From positions 1 through 64,000 of the forward strand of contig CAWDVR010000005.1 of the NCBI GenBank assembly GCA_963805975.1: DNA of 64,000 nt, written 5' to 3'. Both the position numbers and the translations under genes were made by a program. Source of the stretch: an uncultured Acidobacteriota bacterium. GTDB taxonomy: Bacteria > Acidobacteriota > Thermoanaerobaculia > Multivoradales > SZUA-115. Shown piece after piece: positions 1 through 15,008 of this stretch (position 1 is the stretch's first letter; the number at the start of each line of letters is the position of its first letter). A model generated the notes under the pieces. It made no database searches. It was not told where the DNA came from and saw only the letters and a program-made list of their open reading frames with translations.

Positions 1-100
1 ACCCCATGTTTTCTGGCAACGATAGAGCAACGACAGACCGCCGCCGGCCTTATTGCTCGATCTCTATGGATTGTAACTGCTTGGGAATGAAGCGGTTAGG

Positions 101-177
101 TGGTGCACCCTGCAGGACTCGAACCTGCAACCTTCTGATCCGTAGTCAGATGCTCTATCCAATTGAGCTAAGGGTGC
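101..177 (-). tRNA. tRNA-Arg (anticodon ACG)
   Basis: Reverse complement GCACCCTTAGCTCAATTGGATAGAGCATCTGACTACGGATCAGAAGGTTGCAGGTTCGAGTCCTGCAGGGTGCACCA forms a cloverleaf with a TTCGA T-loop and encoded CCA. Confidence 0.97.
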
Positions 178-245
178 GCTCAACTGCGGAAGGCGAATTG
201 TAGAGGATGGGGGCCGTCGATTCAAGGCTACCTCGGGATTGCCGG

Positions 246-1955
246 CTACCAGTCGCGGCTCTCGCAGGCTCGGATGTCTTCGGCGGTGAGGGGCGGATGG
301 CGCGGGACGGTGCGGGCTTTCTGGTAGCGGAGCCTGACGTTGGGGCTGAAGCACTCGACGTAGCCCGCGGGTGGGAAGCGATCGTGGCCCATTTTGCGAC
401 GGGTGTTGGGCCGCGCCGGGCCGCGGGCGATCACGCGGTCGTTGAGGCCCAGAAGGTCGAGGATGTTGGCGCGTGGCAGCACCCATCCTACGACGCCGAC
501 GCTGCCCGCCGCCGCCACCGGGAAGCCGTCCGCGGGGGCCGTCAGGCCGAGGTCGCGGTGCAGCAGGATCTCGCTTTGGTAGCGATGGAAGATCTGATGC
601 TCGCGATGGCGCGTGCAGACCATGCGGTCGATCAACCAGAACTGGGTGCGGTCGAAGAGGCGAGCATAGCCACGGAGCGGCGCTGGAAAGGCGTCTTCGA
701 CCGGCACCTTCATGAAGTGGGTCTGCGATCGGGTGGTGAGACGTTGGCTGCGATGCCAATGCACCCAAGGGATGGGCCAGGAGGCGACGACGAGCGCGAG
801 GAGGAAGGCTACGGCCGGTCCGCGCCGCCAGGCGAGGGCATTCAACAGCCAGACGGCGCTCACGGCGACCCACGGCACGAGCTGGCTCAGGACCCGGTAC
901 TCGAAATGGTCGCCACCGATGACCAGGACGTAGTAGCCGGCGTGAGCGAGAAGGGCGGAGGTCACTACCGCCGAGGGGAGCGATGCGCGGCTCCATGCCA
1001 GCACGGCACTGTGGAGCACGAGGCTCCTCGAGCTCTGGCGAAGCAGGCGGGCCATCCACAAGGCGGCGAGCAGCAGCCAGAGCCAAAGCGCGTACTCGAG
1101 CACGAAGGACAGGAGATATTGCAGCCCCGACTCGGGCCAGGCTTGCAAGTGCTTGGCGTAGTAAGTGTTGGGAAGCCACTCGCCGTAGGTGTGGTGGCGC
1201 CAGAGGAGGTGGGCCGGCACGATCGAGAGCGGCGCCAGCTCGCCGGCCCGCCGCGCCGGGAAGGCTCGCCAGAAGCGAACTTCGCGCCGCGTCGCATCTC
1301 CGGTCTCGCGGTTGGCTTTCTCCACCAACACCTCGCCGAGCCACAGCAGCCCGCTGGCGGCAGCGAAGAGCAGGCCGTCTGGCCGTGTCAGGGCGGCGAG
1401 GGCCGCCGCGCCGTGGAGTGTGGGGCCCCGCCACCCCTTCTCGCGGCCGACGAAGAGCGCCAGAGACACCCACGCTGTGAGCAGGAAGTTGAACAGCGCG
1501 GTCTCGAGCCCGGAGCTTGCGAAAGCGAGGAAGGTTCGGTTGCTCACCACTGCCAACAGAACCCACGCGAGCAGGAGCAACCGAACCGAACCGAGCTCTG
1601 CGCGCAGCGGCAGCCGCCAGACCATGGCCGCGGTCAGCACGAGCGTGAGAGCGGAGAAGCCGAGCAGCAGCGGGTTGGCGGCAACGGGCGGCTCAATCCC
1701 GGTAGCCTGCCAGACGACGTCGAGGAGGACGAGCCACAGGAGGCTGGTGTAGCCCTCGACCGGCGGGAACGGCGGCGCGTTCCAAACGTAGCCATGGCCG
1801 AAGTGGCTGTTGCTCGCGTAACGGAAGGTGATGTAGGAGTCGTCGGTCAGGAACCAAAGCGCCTGCCAGCCGCAGACGAGCGCGCCTACGGCCAGAGCGA
1901 CGAGCAGACCTACGGCCATCTCGCGCCGCGAAAGGTGAATCCAAGAGCGATTCAT
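246..1955 (-). CDS. Multi-pass GT-C fold glycosyltransferase (arabinofuranosyltransferase AftB-like)
   Basis: 569 aa with many TM helices; motifs DDSYITFRYA, VEGYTS, SGLET, TRPDG, PNTYYAK and DLLGLND. Confidence 0.75.
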   Translation of the reverse strand: MNRSWIHLSRREMAVGLLVALAVGALVCGWQALWFLTDDSYITFRYASNSHFGHGYVWNAPPFPPVEGYTSLLWLVLLDVVWQATGIEPPVAANPLLLGFSALTLVLTAAMVWRLPLRAELGSVRLLLLAWVLLAVVSNRTFLAFASSGLETALFNFLLTAWVSLALFVGREKGWRGPTLHGAAALAALTRPDGLLFAAASGLLWLGEVLVEKANRETGDATRREVRFWRAFPARRAGELAPLSIVPAHLLWRHHTYGEWLPNTYYAKHLQAWPESGLQYLLSFVLEYALWLWLLLAALWMARLLRQSSRSLVLHSAVLAWSRASLPSAVVTSALLAHAGYYVLVIGGDHFEYRVLSQLVPWVAVSAVWLLNALAWRRGPAVAFLLALVVASWPIPWVHWHRSQRLTTRSQTHFMKVPVEDAFPAPLRGYARLFDRTQFWLIDRMVCTRHREHQIFHRYQSEILLHRDLGLTAPADGFPVAAAGSVGVVGWVLPRANILDLLGLNDRVIARGPARPNTRRKMGHDRFPPAGYVECFSPNVRLRYQKARTVPRHPPLTAEDIRACESRDW

Positions 1956-2068
1956 GGCGACCTGCCGCGTATACGGCCGGCGCCGAATATGTGTCTACGA
2001 CATTACTTGGCTTGAAGGTTTGCGACCGGGCTTCCACGAGGAGCAACGTGGAACGCCGAGCCCGATGA

Positions 2069-2863
<795 letters not shown>

Positions 2864-2874
2864 GGCCGTCGAGT

Positions 2875-3291
2875 CTACAAGAGCGCCTGATCGGCGAACG
2901 GATTGGGCTCGACCGGCATCTGCCAGCCGCCGCCCGCGGTGCGCTCCAGCACCTCGTTGCCCTCGCCCAGGAGCAGCACGGTGGGCTTGTGGCGCCTCGC
3001 CTCGCGCTCGTCGTACACGGCGTAGCTCACGAGAATCACCAGGTCGCCGGGCCGTGCCTTGTGCGCCGCGGCGCCGTTCACCATCACTTGCCGGCTGCCG
3101 CGCGGCGCCGGGATGGCGTAGGTGGCGAGGCGCTCGCCGTTGGTGACGTTGTAGATCTCGACGCGCTCGTTGACCAGGATGTCGGCCGCGTCGAGCAGGT
3201 CCTCGTCGATCGCGACCGAGCCCTGGTAGTGGAGGTCCGCGGCCGTCACGGTGGCGCGGTGGAGCTTGGACTTCATCATCGTGCGTTGCAT
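2875..3291 (-). CDS. panD: Aspartate 1-decarboxylase
   Basis: Motifs [14 protein letters not shown] cleavage site and NGAAA. Confidence 0.97.
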   Translation of the reverse strand: MQRTMMKSKLHRATVTAADLHYQGSVAIDEDLLDAADILVNERVEIYNVTNGERLATYAIPAPRGSRQVMVNGAAAHKARPGDLVILVSYAVYDEREARRHKPTVLLLGEGNEVLERTAGGGWQMPVEPNPFADQALL

Positions 3292-3307
3292 GGCGCCTCC
3301 TCGGAGG

Positions 3308-4162
3308 TCACTCGTGTAGGTGGAGCTGGAAGTTGTCGATCAGCCGCGTCGCGCCGATGCGTACGGCGAGCGGCAGCACCACGGAGCCGGTGAGCACGGG
3401 GAGCGGCTGGAAAGTCTCGGCGTCGACCGCCTCGGCGTACTCGATCTCGGCTCTCGGCTCGCCCGCGAGAACAGCGCGCAGGAGCCGGCGGATCTCGTCC
3501 CCCCGGCGCTCCCCAGCCTCGATCGCCGCCTTCGCCGCGGAGAGCGCGCGGTAGAGCGCGGGCGCCGCACACCGCTCGCCGGCCGAGAGGCGGACGTTCC
3601 GTGAGGACAGCGCCAAGCCGTCCGGCTCGCGCAGGGTGGGGCCGGCGACGATCTCGATGGGCAGTCCCAGGTCTCGCACCAGCCGCCGCACTAGGGCGAG
3701 CTGCTGGGCATCCTTCTCGCCGAAAACGGCGACGTCCGGCTGCACCAGCCCGAAGAGGATGGTGACGACGGTCGCGACGCCGCGGAAGTGGCCGGGTCGG
3801 AAGGCGTCCTCGAGGCCCTCGGCCGGCGGCCCGGCGACCTCGACGCGGGTGGCGCTCCCGGGCGGGTAGATAGTTTCCACCGCAGGCAGGAACAGCAGGT
3901 CGCAGCCGGCCTCGGCCAGGAGCTCGGCGTCCCTCTCCGGCGTGCGCGGGTAGGCGGCGAGGTCGTCCGCGCTGTTGAACTGGGTGGGGTTGACGAAGAT
4001 CGAGGCCACCACGCGGTCCGCCCGCTCGCGGGCGATGCGCACCAGCGAGAGATGCCCCTCGTGCAGCGCACCCATGGTGGGCACGAAGCCCACCGTGCGG
4101 TGGCGTTCCTGCCACAGCGCCTGCTCGAAGCGCAGCCCTATCGGATCGGTGACGATCTGCAT
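3308..4162 (-). CDS. panC: Pantoate--beta-alanine ligase
   Basis: Motifs [34 protein letters not shown] and RLIDN; start taken at MQIVTD. Confidence 0.97.
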   Translation of the reverse strand: MQIVTDPIGLRFEQALWQERHRTVGFVPTMGALHEGHLSLVRIARERADRVVASIFVNPTQFNSADDLAAYPRTPERDAELLAEAGCDLLFLPAVETIYPPGSATRVEVAGPPAEGLEDAFRPGHFRGVATVVTILFGLVQPDVAVFGEKDAQQLALVRRLVRDLGLPIEIVAGPTLREPDGLALSSRNVRLSAGERCAAPALYRALSAAKAAIEAGERRGDEIRRLLRAVLAGEPRAEIEYAEAVDAETFQPLPVLTGSVVLPLAVRIGATRLIDNFQLHLHE

Positions 4163-4167
4163 GGCCG

Positions 4168-5070
4168 TCAGCCGTAGATCTTGCCCACGGCGGGCACGGG
4201 CGCCTGGCTGGGATCGCCGTAGCTCTCGGCGGCCGACGGGAAGCGGCCGGCGCGCACGTCGGCGGCGAAGGCCTCGACGGCGCGCCGGACCTCGCTCCCG
4301 AGCTGTGCGTAGCGCCTGACGAAGCGCGGTGCGATGCGCTCTTCGAGGCCCAGGAGGTCGTGGTAGACGAGCACCTGGCCGTCGCAGGCCGGGCCGGCGC
4401 CGATGCCGATGGTGGGGATCGCGAGCCGCGCCGAGATCTCCTCGGCGAGCGCGGCGGGAATGCACTCGAGCACCAGCGCGAAGGCGCCCGCGGCCTCGAG
4501 CTCGACCGCGGCCTCGACCAGCCGGCGCGACGCCTCTTCACCGCGGCCCTGTACCTTGAAGCCGCCGAGCTTGTGGACCGACTGCGGGGTGAGCCCCAGG
4601 TGCGCCATCACCGGGATCTCGGCCGCGGCCAGCGCCGCCACCAGCTCCGGCCGTGCGCCCTCGATCTTCACCGCCTGGGCGCCCCCTTCCTTGACGAAAC
4701 GGAGCGCGTTGGCGATTGCCGCCTCGGTGCCGAGGTGGAACGAGCCGAACGGCATGTCGGCCACCAGGAGCGCGCGGGTCACGCCGCGCCGCACGGCCTT
4801 GACGTGGTGGAGCATCTCCTCGACCGTCACCGACAGGGTGTCGGCGTGACCGAGCACCACCATGGCGAGAGAGTCCCCCACCAACACCAGGTCGGCGCCG
4901 GCAGCGTCCACCTGCCGGCCCTGAGGGTAGTCGTAGGCGGTGACCATCACCAGCTTCTCGCCGCGCTCGGGCGCGCTGGCGACCGCCGGCACCGTGACCT
5001 TCCGTGGTGCCGCGGGCTGGCCGGAGACGGCGACCTGAAGGGGCTTTCCGAGGCGGTCCTTCGACGGCAT
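4168..5070 (-). CDS. panB: 3-methyl-2-oxobutanoate hydroxymethyltransferase
   Basis: Motifs TAYDY, LVGDSL, HLGLTPQS and IGIGAG..CDGQVLV; alternative start at 5082. Confidence 0.97.
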   Translation of the reverse strand: MPSKDRLGKPLQVAVSGQPAAPRKVTVPAVASAPERGEKLVMVTAYDYPQGRQVDAAGADLVLVGDSLAMVVLGHADTLSVTVEEMLHHVKAVRRGVTRALLVADMPFGSFHLGTEAAIANALRFVKEGGAQAVKIEGARPELVAALAAAEIPVMAHLGLTPQSVHKLGGFKVQGRGEEASRRLVEAAVELEAAGAFALVLECIPAALAEEISARLAIPTIGIGAGPACDGQVLVYHDLLGLEERIAPRFVRRYAQLGSEVRRAVEAFAADVRAGRFPSAAESYGDPSQAPVPAVGKIYG

Positions 5071-5302
5071 GGCCCTACCCACCTTTCTCGCCGCCCGGCT
5101 CTTGCGAGGCGGGTCGACGGAATGGCCTGGATTCGGGCGCGGCGAGGAACGGGGGGTGAGACGGAGGGAGATGGCAGCGACGCTGCGCGGGTCGTCGCCA
5201 GCTCACGAGCTTCGCGGTGCCTGTCCCTCGGGATCAGGCCCGCTCTCGCGGATGGCTCCGCGCGGCGGCGGGGCGTCTTTCGCTTCCGTCTCGGTCCCTG
5301 GC

Positions 5303-5953
5303 CTACCGGGATCCAAGCGGTACGTAGTACTCGGTCCCCTTCACGGGGCGGTTGAGGCGCCGGATCAGCTCTTCGAAATCCTCGGGCCGATGCGGAAAGT
5401 TCAAGTGCCTCGTGTCCACCACCAGCAAGGGGGACCGGCTGTAGTAATGATAGTAGTGGTTGTAGGCGTCGATCAACTCGGAGAGGTAGTCGGGCGAGAT
5501 CTGGCGCTCTACGGGACGGGAGCGCTTGCGGATGCGCTCCATGCAGGTATCGACGTCGGCCACCAGGTAGAGCACGAGGTCGGGGGTCGGCACCTGGGGC
5601 TCGAGCAGAGTGTAGAGCTTGTCGAACAGCATCAGCTCGTCGTCCGAGAGCGTCAGGTAGGCGAAGATGCGGTTCTTCTGCAGAGTGTAGTCCGCCACCA
5701 CCAGGCGGCTGAAGAGCTCGCGCTGCACGATCTCCTGCTGCTGCTTGTAGCGCGAGAGGAGAAAGTAGAGCTCGGTCTGGAAGGCGGCGCCCTCGCGGTC
5801 TTCGTAGAAGGCGGGGAGGAACGGGTTGTCCACGTCCTCCAGCACCTTCACGCCCTCGAAGCGGCGGGTGAGCATCTCGACCAGGGTGGTCTTGCCCACC
5901 CCGATGGGACCGTCGACGGCCAGGTAATGGAAGGGCAGTGTTTCGGTGCTCAA
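5303..5953 (-). CDS. Deoxynucleoside kinase
   Basis: P-loop DGPIGVGKTT, NPFL..FY, AFQTELYFLLSRY and PDLVLYL; TTG start overlaps the mqnE stop. Confidence 0.92.
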   Translation of the reverse strand: MSTETLPFHYLAVDGPIGVGKTTLVEMLTRRFEGVKVLEDVDNPFLPAFYEDREGAAFQTELYFLLSRYKQQQEIVQRELFSRLVVADYTLQKNRIFAYLTLSDDELMLFDKLYTLLEPQVPTPDLVLYLVADVDTCMERIRKRSRPVERQISPDYLSELIDAYNHYYHYYSRSPLLVVDTRHLNFPHRPEDFEELIRRLNRPVKGTEYYVPLGSR

Positions 5954-7073
5954 ACCGCCGCCGCCTCGCGCACGAGCGGGTTGTAGAGCGTGTCGCGCTC
6001 GACGGGCGTGAAGCCGGCCAGGCGGACGATCCTCTCGAGCTCGGGGCGGGTCAGGGCTTGCTCGGTCTGGGCGCCGGCCATGTGGTAGATCGTCTCTTCG
6101 ACCACCGTGCCGTCGAGATCGTCCGCGCCGAAGCGCAGCGCCACCTGCGCGAGCTTCGGCGTCACCATGATCCAGTAGGCCTTGATGTGCGGGATGTTGT
6201 CGAGCACCAGGCGGGCGGTGGCGATGTGGCGCAGGTCGTCGAGGCCGGTGGTGTGGTACTTCAGGCCCAGGTAGTTGTTCTCCGGGTGGTAGGCGAGCGG
6301 GATGAAGGCGTTGAAGCCGCCGGTGTCGTCCTGGAGGTTGCGCAGCCGCAGCAGGTGGTCCACCTTGTGGTGTACCTTCTCGACGTGGCCGTAGAGCATG
6401 GTGCAGTTGCTGGGGATGCCCATGCCGTGCGCGATGCGGTGGACCTCGATCCACTCGCCGGCGTCGAGCTTGCCGTCGCAGATGATCTCCCGCACTTCCG
6501 GGTGGAAGATCTCGGCGCCGCCGCCGGGGAGTGAGCCCAGGCCGGCGTCGCGCAGGCGGCGGAGCACCTCGGCGATCGAGATCTTCTCGCGCTGGGCGAA
6601 CCAGCCGATCTCGATCGCCGTGAAGGCCTTGAGGTGCACGTTGGGGAAGCGGGCCTTGAGGCCGCGCAGCATCTCCTCGTACCAGGCGAGCGAGAGGTCC
6701 GGGTGCAGCCCGCCCACGATGTGGAACTCGGTGACGTCGTTGCCGCCCTGCTCGGCGGCGCGGCGGTACACGTCCTCGTGGCTCATCTCCCAGGCGTGGG
6801 ACTCGCCGGGCAGCGCCGCGAAGCTGCAGAACTTGCAGTTGTAGGTGTAGACGCAGATGTTCGTCGGGTTGATGTGGCGGTTGACGTTGAAGTACGTCAC
6901 GTTCCCGTGCAGCTTCCGGCGCACGGCGTCGGCCAGGCGGCCGAGGTGGAGCACGTGCGGGGTGGTGAAGCATAGGGTGGCGTCCTCGGCGACAGGCGCT
7001 CGCCGTCCCGCACCTTGGCGGCGATCTCGGAGAGCGCCGGGGGGAAGCTTTCGGGCTGGATGGAGCTCGTCAT
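5950..7073 (-). CDS. mqnE: Aminofutalosine synthase (radical SAM); apparent 1-nt frameshift near 6989
   Basis: NRHINPTNICVYTYNCKFC, SLPGGGAEIF, TMLYGHVE, HIKAYW and FGADDLDGTV. The plausible N-terminus MTSSIQPESFPPALSEIAAKVRDGERLS is in a different frame from EDATLCF onward. Confidence 0.85.
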
Positions 7074-7111
7074 GGTGGGCCTCGCCGGGGATAGGCGCCG
7101 GGGCCGGCGAC

Positions 7112-7993
7112 CTAGGATCGGAGCAGCAGTATATCAACCGCCGTCGCGGCGAAGAGCCAGAGCGACAGGGCTCCGTTGGCGAGGAAAAAGGCGGCGTCGA
7201 GCCGCGAAAGGTCACCCGGCCGCACCACCCAATGCTGGTAGGCGAGGAGCGCCAGGCAACCCAGCCACCCCAGCCAGAAACCGGCTCCCAGGCCATCGGG
7301 ATACACCCACGGCAGGGCGGTGAGGAGGCCGAGGGTCGCGGCGTGGAGGAGGCCCGAGAGCCACAGCGCCCCCACCGTGCCGAAGCGGGCGGGGATCGAG
7401 AACAGGCCCGTCCGGCGGTCGTGCGCCTCGTCCTGCAGGGCGTAGAGCACGTCGAAGCCGGCCACCCAGGTGAGGACCGCCGCCGCCAGCACGAAGGGCG
7501 TCGCCTCGACGCTGCCCTTGACCGCGATCCATGCGCCGAGCGGCGCGCCGGAGAGGGCGAGGCCGAGAAAGAGATGCGCCGCCCAGGTGAAACGCTTGGC
7601 GTAGGAGTAGCCCAGGAGGATGACGAGCGCCAGCGGCGAGAGCGCCAGCGCCAGCGGGTTGAGCTGCCAGGCGGCCATCACCAGGAGCGCCGCGCTCGCC
7701 GTCACGAAGCCGGCCACCCAGGCCGGCGAGATCTCCCCCTTGGGCAGCGCGCGGCTGGCGGTGCGCGGGTTGGCGGCGTCGATCTTGCGGTCCACCAGCC
7801 GGTTGAACGCCATCGCCGCGCTCCGCGCCCCCACCATCGCCACGACGATCCAGGCGACTGCCTGCCACGAGGGCCATCCCTCGGCCGCCAGGATCATGCC
7901 GAGAAAAGCGAAGGGCAAGGCAAAGACCGTGTGCTCGAACTTGATCATCTCGAGCACGGTCCGGAGCTGGCGGACGATGGCGGCGGCTTTCAT
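7112..7993 (-). CDS. UbiA-family prenyltransferase (MqnP-like, futalosine pathway)
   Basis: Motifs IKFEHTVFALPFA, NRLVDRKIDAANPRT and GFDVLYALQD; adjacent to mqnE. Confidence 0.9.
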   Translation of the reverse strand: MKAAAIVRQLRTVLEMIKFEHTVFALPFAFLGMILAAEGWPSWQAVAWIVVAMVGARSAAMAFNRLVDRKIDAANPRTASRALPKGEISPAWVAGFVTASAALLVMAAWQLNPLALALSPLALVILLGYSYAKRFTWAAHLFLGLALSGAPLGAWIAVKGSVEATPFVLAAAVLTWVAGFDVLYALQDEAHDRRTGLFSIPARFGTVGALWLSGLLHAATLGLLTALPWVYPDGLGAGFWLGWLGCLALLAYQHWVVRPGDLSRLDAAFFLANGALSLWLFAATAVDILLLRS

Positions 7994-8056
7994 GGGCGGC
8001 TCAAGAGTGTATCCGTCTCGTCGAGCTCGTATTTGTATGCCATTCTCAGGCTTCCC

Positions 8057-8398
8057 TCACTCAATCGCCTCGATCCGATCCGCAAAGACCCGGACCAGGC
8101 GATGCTGCTCGCTCAGGTCGCAGATCTCTTGCCAAGCGCCAGAGATCATCTGATGGAACTGGCGAATTCGGAGGTTCCCAAGGCATATATGGATCACTCG
8201 TGGGGGCGGTGTCTGAAGCATCGCTCGAGCCGAGAAATCGGCATCCTTGGAGACGATCGTTAGTGCCTGTTCGGTGGCGAACCGCCAGACCCGTGAGTCG
8301 GACCATTCGTCGCCCAGGTCACGCTGATGTAGGTAATCCTCGCCGCGCCAGATTGAGAAGTAGTACGGCAGGTTGACGTCGATCAAGTACCGGGCCAT
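8057..8398 (-). CDS. DUF5615 PIN-like toxin
   Basis: Motifs YLIDVNLP, SDSRVW, IVSKDADF and PPRVIHICLGN; lies directly downstream of a DUF433 gene. Confidence 0.85.
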   Translation of the reverse strand: MARYLIDVNLPYYFSIWRGEDYLHQRDLGDEWSDSRVWRFATEQALTIVSKDADFSARAMLQTPPPRVIHICLGNLRIRQFHQMISGAWQEICDLSEQHRLVRVFADRIEAIE

Positions 8399-8399
8399 C

Positions 8400-8648
8400 T
8401 CAGGCCGGGATCTTGAGAACGTAGCTGTGGCTCAGGAGCTCCGTCGCAAAGCCAAGGCAGGCGTCGATGTCCTCCGGCTCCAGCGACGGGTACTGCCGCA
8501 GAATCTCCTCGCGGCTCTCACCGGCGTAGAGCAGTTCCAGAACCGTCTGCGCCGTGATGCGCTTGCCGCGGATCGTGGGTCTGCCGTTGCAGAGATCCGG
8601 GTCGATGGTGATGCGGCCTAGTGCGAGGATTTCGTTGCTGCCGGCCAT
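8400..8648 (-). CDS. DUF433 antitoxin
   Basis: RITIDPDLCNGRPTIRGKRI...YPSL..EDI.ACL; AAGGAGG RBS. Confidence 0.92.
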   Translation of the reverse strand: MAGSNEILALGRITIDPDLCNGRPTIRGKRITAQTVLELLYAGESREEILRQYPSLEPEDIDACLGFATELLSHSYVLKIPA

Positions 8649-8718
8649 CGCTGCCTCCTTACTGCGTGGAGGCAAGGGTAGCAGCCAGCACCGCTGCCGG
8701 CAAAGTGCCCAGCAGCTC

Positions 8719-9120
8719 CTACCAAACCCGCCCCGGCCGCCTTGAGCTGGGCCTTCGCGTGGGCGATGGCTTCTGGCGGCCTCGTCGAGGACTCTCGTCG
8801 GTGATCTTCATCGCCTGGGCTTCGACCAAATCGGCCGCGGCCGCCTTGGCGTCGATCTCCTCGGCGACCTGTGCCTTCTCGGTCAAGACGGAGACCTTGT
8901 TGTCCACCACTTGGGCGAAGCCGCCGTCGATCAGGAAGGCGTGCTTGCCCTGCGGGGTGTCGGCGCGCAGCCAGCCGACGCCGAGTTTGGCGAGGAGCGG
9001 CGCGCGGTGGGCGAGGATGCCGATCTCGCCGTCCCAGGCCGGAATGGCGACGAAAGTAGCCTCGCCCTCGAGGACAGCCTTCTCGGGGGTGATGACGGAG
9101 AGCTGAAAGGTGGCAGCCAT
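8719..9120 (-). CDS. atpC: ATP synthase F1 epsilon subunit (C-terminus probably affected by indels)
   Basis: LSVITPE, GEIGILAHRAPLL and IDGGFAQV; a plausible last helix AIAHAKAQLK is out of frame near 8770. Confidence 0.92.
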   Translation of the reverse strand: MAATFQLSVITPEKAVLEGEATFVAIPAWDGEIGILAHRAPLLAKLGVGWLRADTPQGKHAFLIDGGFAQVVDNKVSVLTEKAQVAEEIDAKAAAADLVEAQAMKITDESPRRGRQKPSPTRRPSSRRPGRVW

Positions 9121-9128
9121 GTTGGACC

Positions 9129-11460
<2,332 letters not shown>

Positions 11461-11471
11461 GGCTCGGAGTC

Positions 11472-13234
<1,763 letters not shown>

Positions 13235-13238
<4 letters not shown>

Positions 13239-13840
13239 GTTGCTTCCTCCGCCGTGTAGGCCTTGCCGCTCAGGATCTCGCTCGATGCGCGAGCGAGGAG
13301 CGCGCCGCCGAGCCGCGAGAGCTCGCGCGCCACGCTGGTGTCGATCTTCTCGTCGCCCACCCGCACGACGAGGCCTCCCAGGATGTCGGGGTCCACAGTC
13401 TCGACGAGATGGCTCCGGCGCCCGGTGTGACGGTCGACGGCGGCGGCGAGACGTTCCTTGAGCGCGGGCGACAGCGGTACCGCGCTCACGACGTGAACGT
13501 CCACGATGCCGCGCGCCGCCTGGTGCTCGCGCCGGAAGGTCTCGGCCACCTCGGGCACGAGCGCCAGCCGGCCCTTGCGCCGCATCACCTGCAGCGCATC
13601 GACCGTGAGGTCGGAGAGCTTGCCCCGGAACAGCGTCTCGAGCGTCCGGCCGACCGCCTCGGTGCCGAGCAGGGGATCGCGCAGCAGGCGGCCGAAGTCC
13701 CGGCTCTCCCGGGCGAGATCCGCCAGCTCGGCGAGCTCGCCAAGCGTCGCCTCCTCGCTGCCCTGCCGGCTCGCGAGGTCGAGGATCGACCGCGCGTAGA
13801 GGCGCGCGACGGCCAGCTCCTTGTCGTTGAACTTGGGCAT
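13235..13840 (-). CDS. atpH: ATP synthase delta subunit
   Basis: VARLYARS and [19 protein letters not shown]; operon position. Confidence 0.95.
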
Positions 13841-13869
13841 GGTCCCCTCTTGGTTCGTAACGCGGCGCT

Positions 13870-14520
13870 CTAGTGGGTGCCGTGGCCGGCGGATCTCTGT
13901 CCGCCCGGTGGAGCCGCCTCGAGACGGGCGATCGACTCGGCGATCAGCCGCTCGTGGTCCCCGCCCTTGATCTCCTGCCGGATGATGCGCGCGGCAGCGT
14001 CGGTCGCCAGGCGGCCGGCCATGGTGTAGAGGTCCTTGACCGCCGTGTCTCTCGCCAGCTCGATCTCGCGCTTGGCGCGGGCGATGGTGCGCTCCGACTC
14101 CTCGCGCGCCTGCTGCTCGATGCGCGCCTTGACCGTCTCGCCGTCGCGCCGGCCTTCCTCGACGATCTTGGTCGCCTCGGCCCGCGCCTGGGCGAGCCGC
14201 TCCTCGTACGACTTGAGCCGTGCCTCGGCCGCCTCGCGGTCGGCCTTGGCCTGGGCGAGCGAGTCGCGGATGAAGCCCTCGCGCTCTTGCAGCTGGGAAA
14301 GGATCGGGCCCCAGGCGTACTTGCCGAGCACGAGCAGGACGAGGCCGAAGATCACCAGCGTCCAGATCATGTTGCCGACGTCGCCCGCGAACAGGCTGAC
14401 CTCGCCGGCCGGCGCGTGGGTCTCGGCCCCGCAGACCGGCAGGGCCAGCGCCGCGAGAGCGAGAGCCGCAAGCGCGAGGATCGGGGCCGCGCGCGGGCCG
14501 CTAGAGAACCTGGCGCGCAT
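13870..14520 (-). CDS. atpF: ATP synthase F0 subunit b
   Basis: WTLVIF...[12 protein letters not shown] followed by a long coiled coil; N-terminal extension. Confidence 0.95.
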   Translation of the reverse strand: MRARFSSGPRAAPILALAALALAALALPVCGAETHAPAGEVSLFAGDVGNMIWTLVIFGLVLLVLGKYAWGPILSQLQEREGFIRDSLAQAKADREAAEARLKSYEERLAQARAEATKIVEEGRRDGETVKARIEQQAREESERTIARAKREIELARDTAVKDLYTMAGRLATDAAARIIRQEIKGGDHERLIAESIARLEAAPPGGQRSAGHGTH

Positions 14521-14523
14521 CGC

Positions 14524-14871
14524 TCAGCGGCTCGCCATGAAGGCGATGATCAGCGCGAAGAACGCCGCGCCCTCGATCAGCGCCGCGGTGAGGATCATCG
14601 GCGTGAACACCTTGTCGGCCACCTCGGGCTGGCGGGCGATCGACTCCACCGCCGAGCCGCCGATGCGGCCGATGCCGGCGCCGGCGCCCATGATCACCAG
14701 GCCGACGCCGATGCCGGCGCCCAGCTTGCCGGCGCCCTGTGTGGTGAGCATCGAGCCCTCGGCGGCGTGAGCCTCTGCCGGCTGGGCGGATACCGGCAGC
14801 GCCGGCAGGAACATGAGGACGAAACCGGCGAGGATCATGCCCAGCGCGACAGACGCGGACCTCTTGCTCAT
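14524..14871 (-). CDS. atpE: ATP synthase F0 subunit c with N-terminal extension
   Basis: GAGAGIG, RQPE loop and ALIEG. Confidence 0.96.
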   Translation of the reverse strand: MSKRSASVALGMILAGFVLMFLPALPVSAQPAEAHAAEGSMLTTQGAGKLGAGIGVGLVIMGAGAGIGRIGGSAVESIARQPEVADKVFTPMILTAALIEGAAFFALIIAFMASR

Positions 14872-15008
14872 GATGACAACCCTTTCCTTGCTAGCTGTTG
14901 GGGCGCCGTGCGGGGCCGGTCGCCCTCCTTAGAGTCTTGCCGATTGCGCCATGCGGCCCGCGCTCCCCGCGCGAAGTTGGGCATGGCAATGGATTCCCTG
15001 GAAAGCAG

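Noticed and set aside
5083-5300. Riboswitch or leader RNA upstream of panB
   Set aside because: GC-rich hairpins are possible, but I could not match a known motif by eye; an Rfam scan would be needed.
6980-7000. Programmed frameshifting in mqnE, yigZ or dusB
   Set aside because: No slippery heptamer or stimulatory element was seen, and assembly indels are a simpler explanation.
14524-14871. Sodium-translocating or N-type ATPase
   Set aside because: Subunit c lacks the sodium ligands, and the gene order is canonical with a separate delta subunit.
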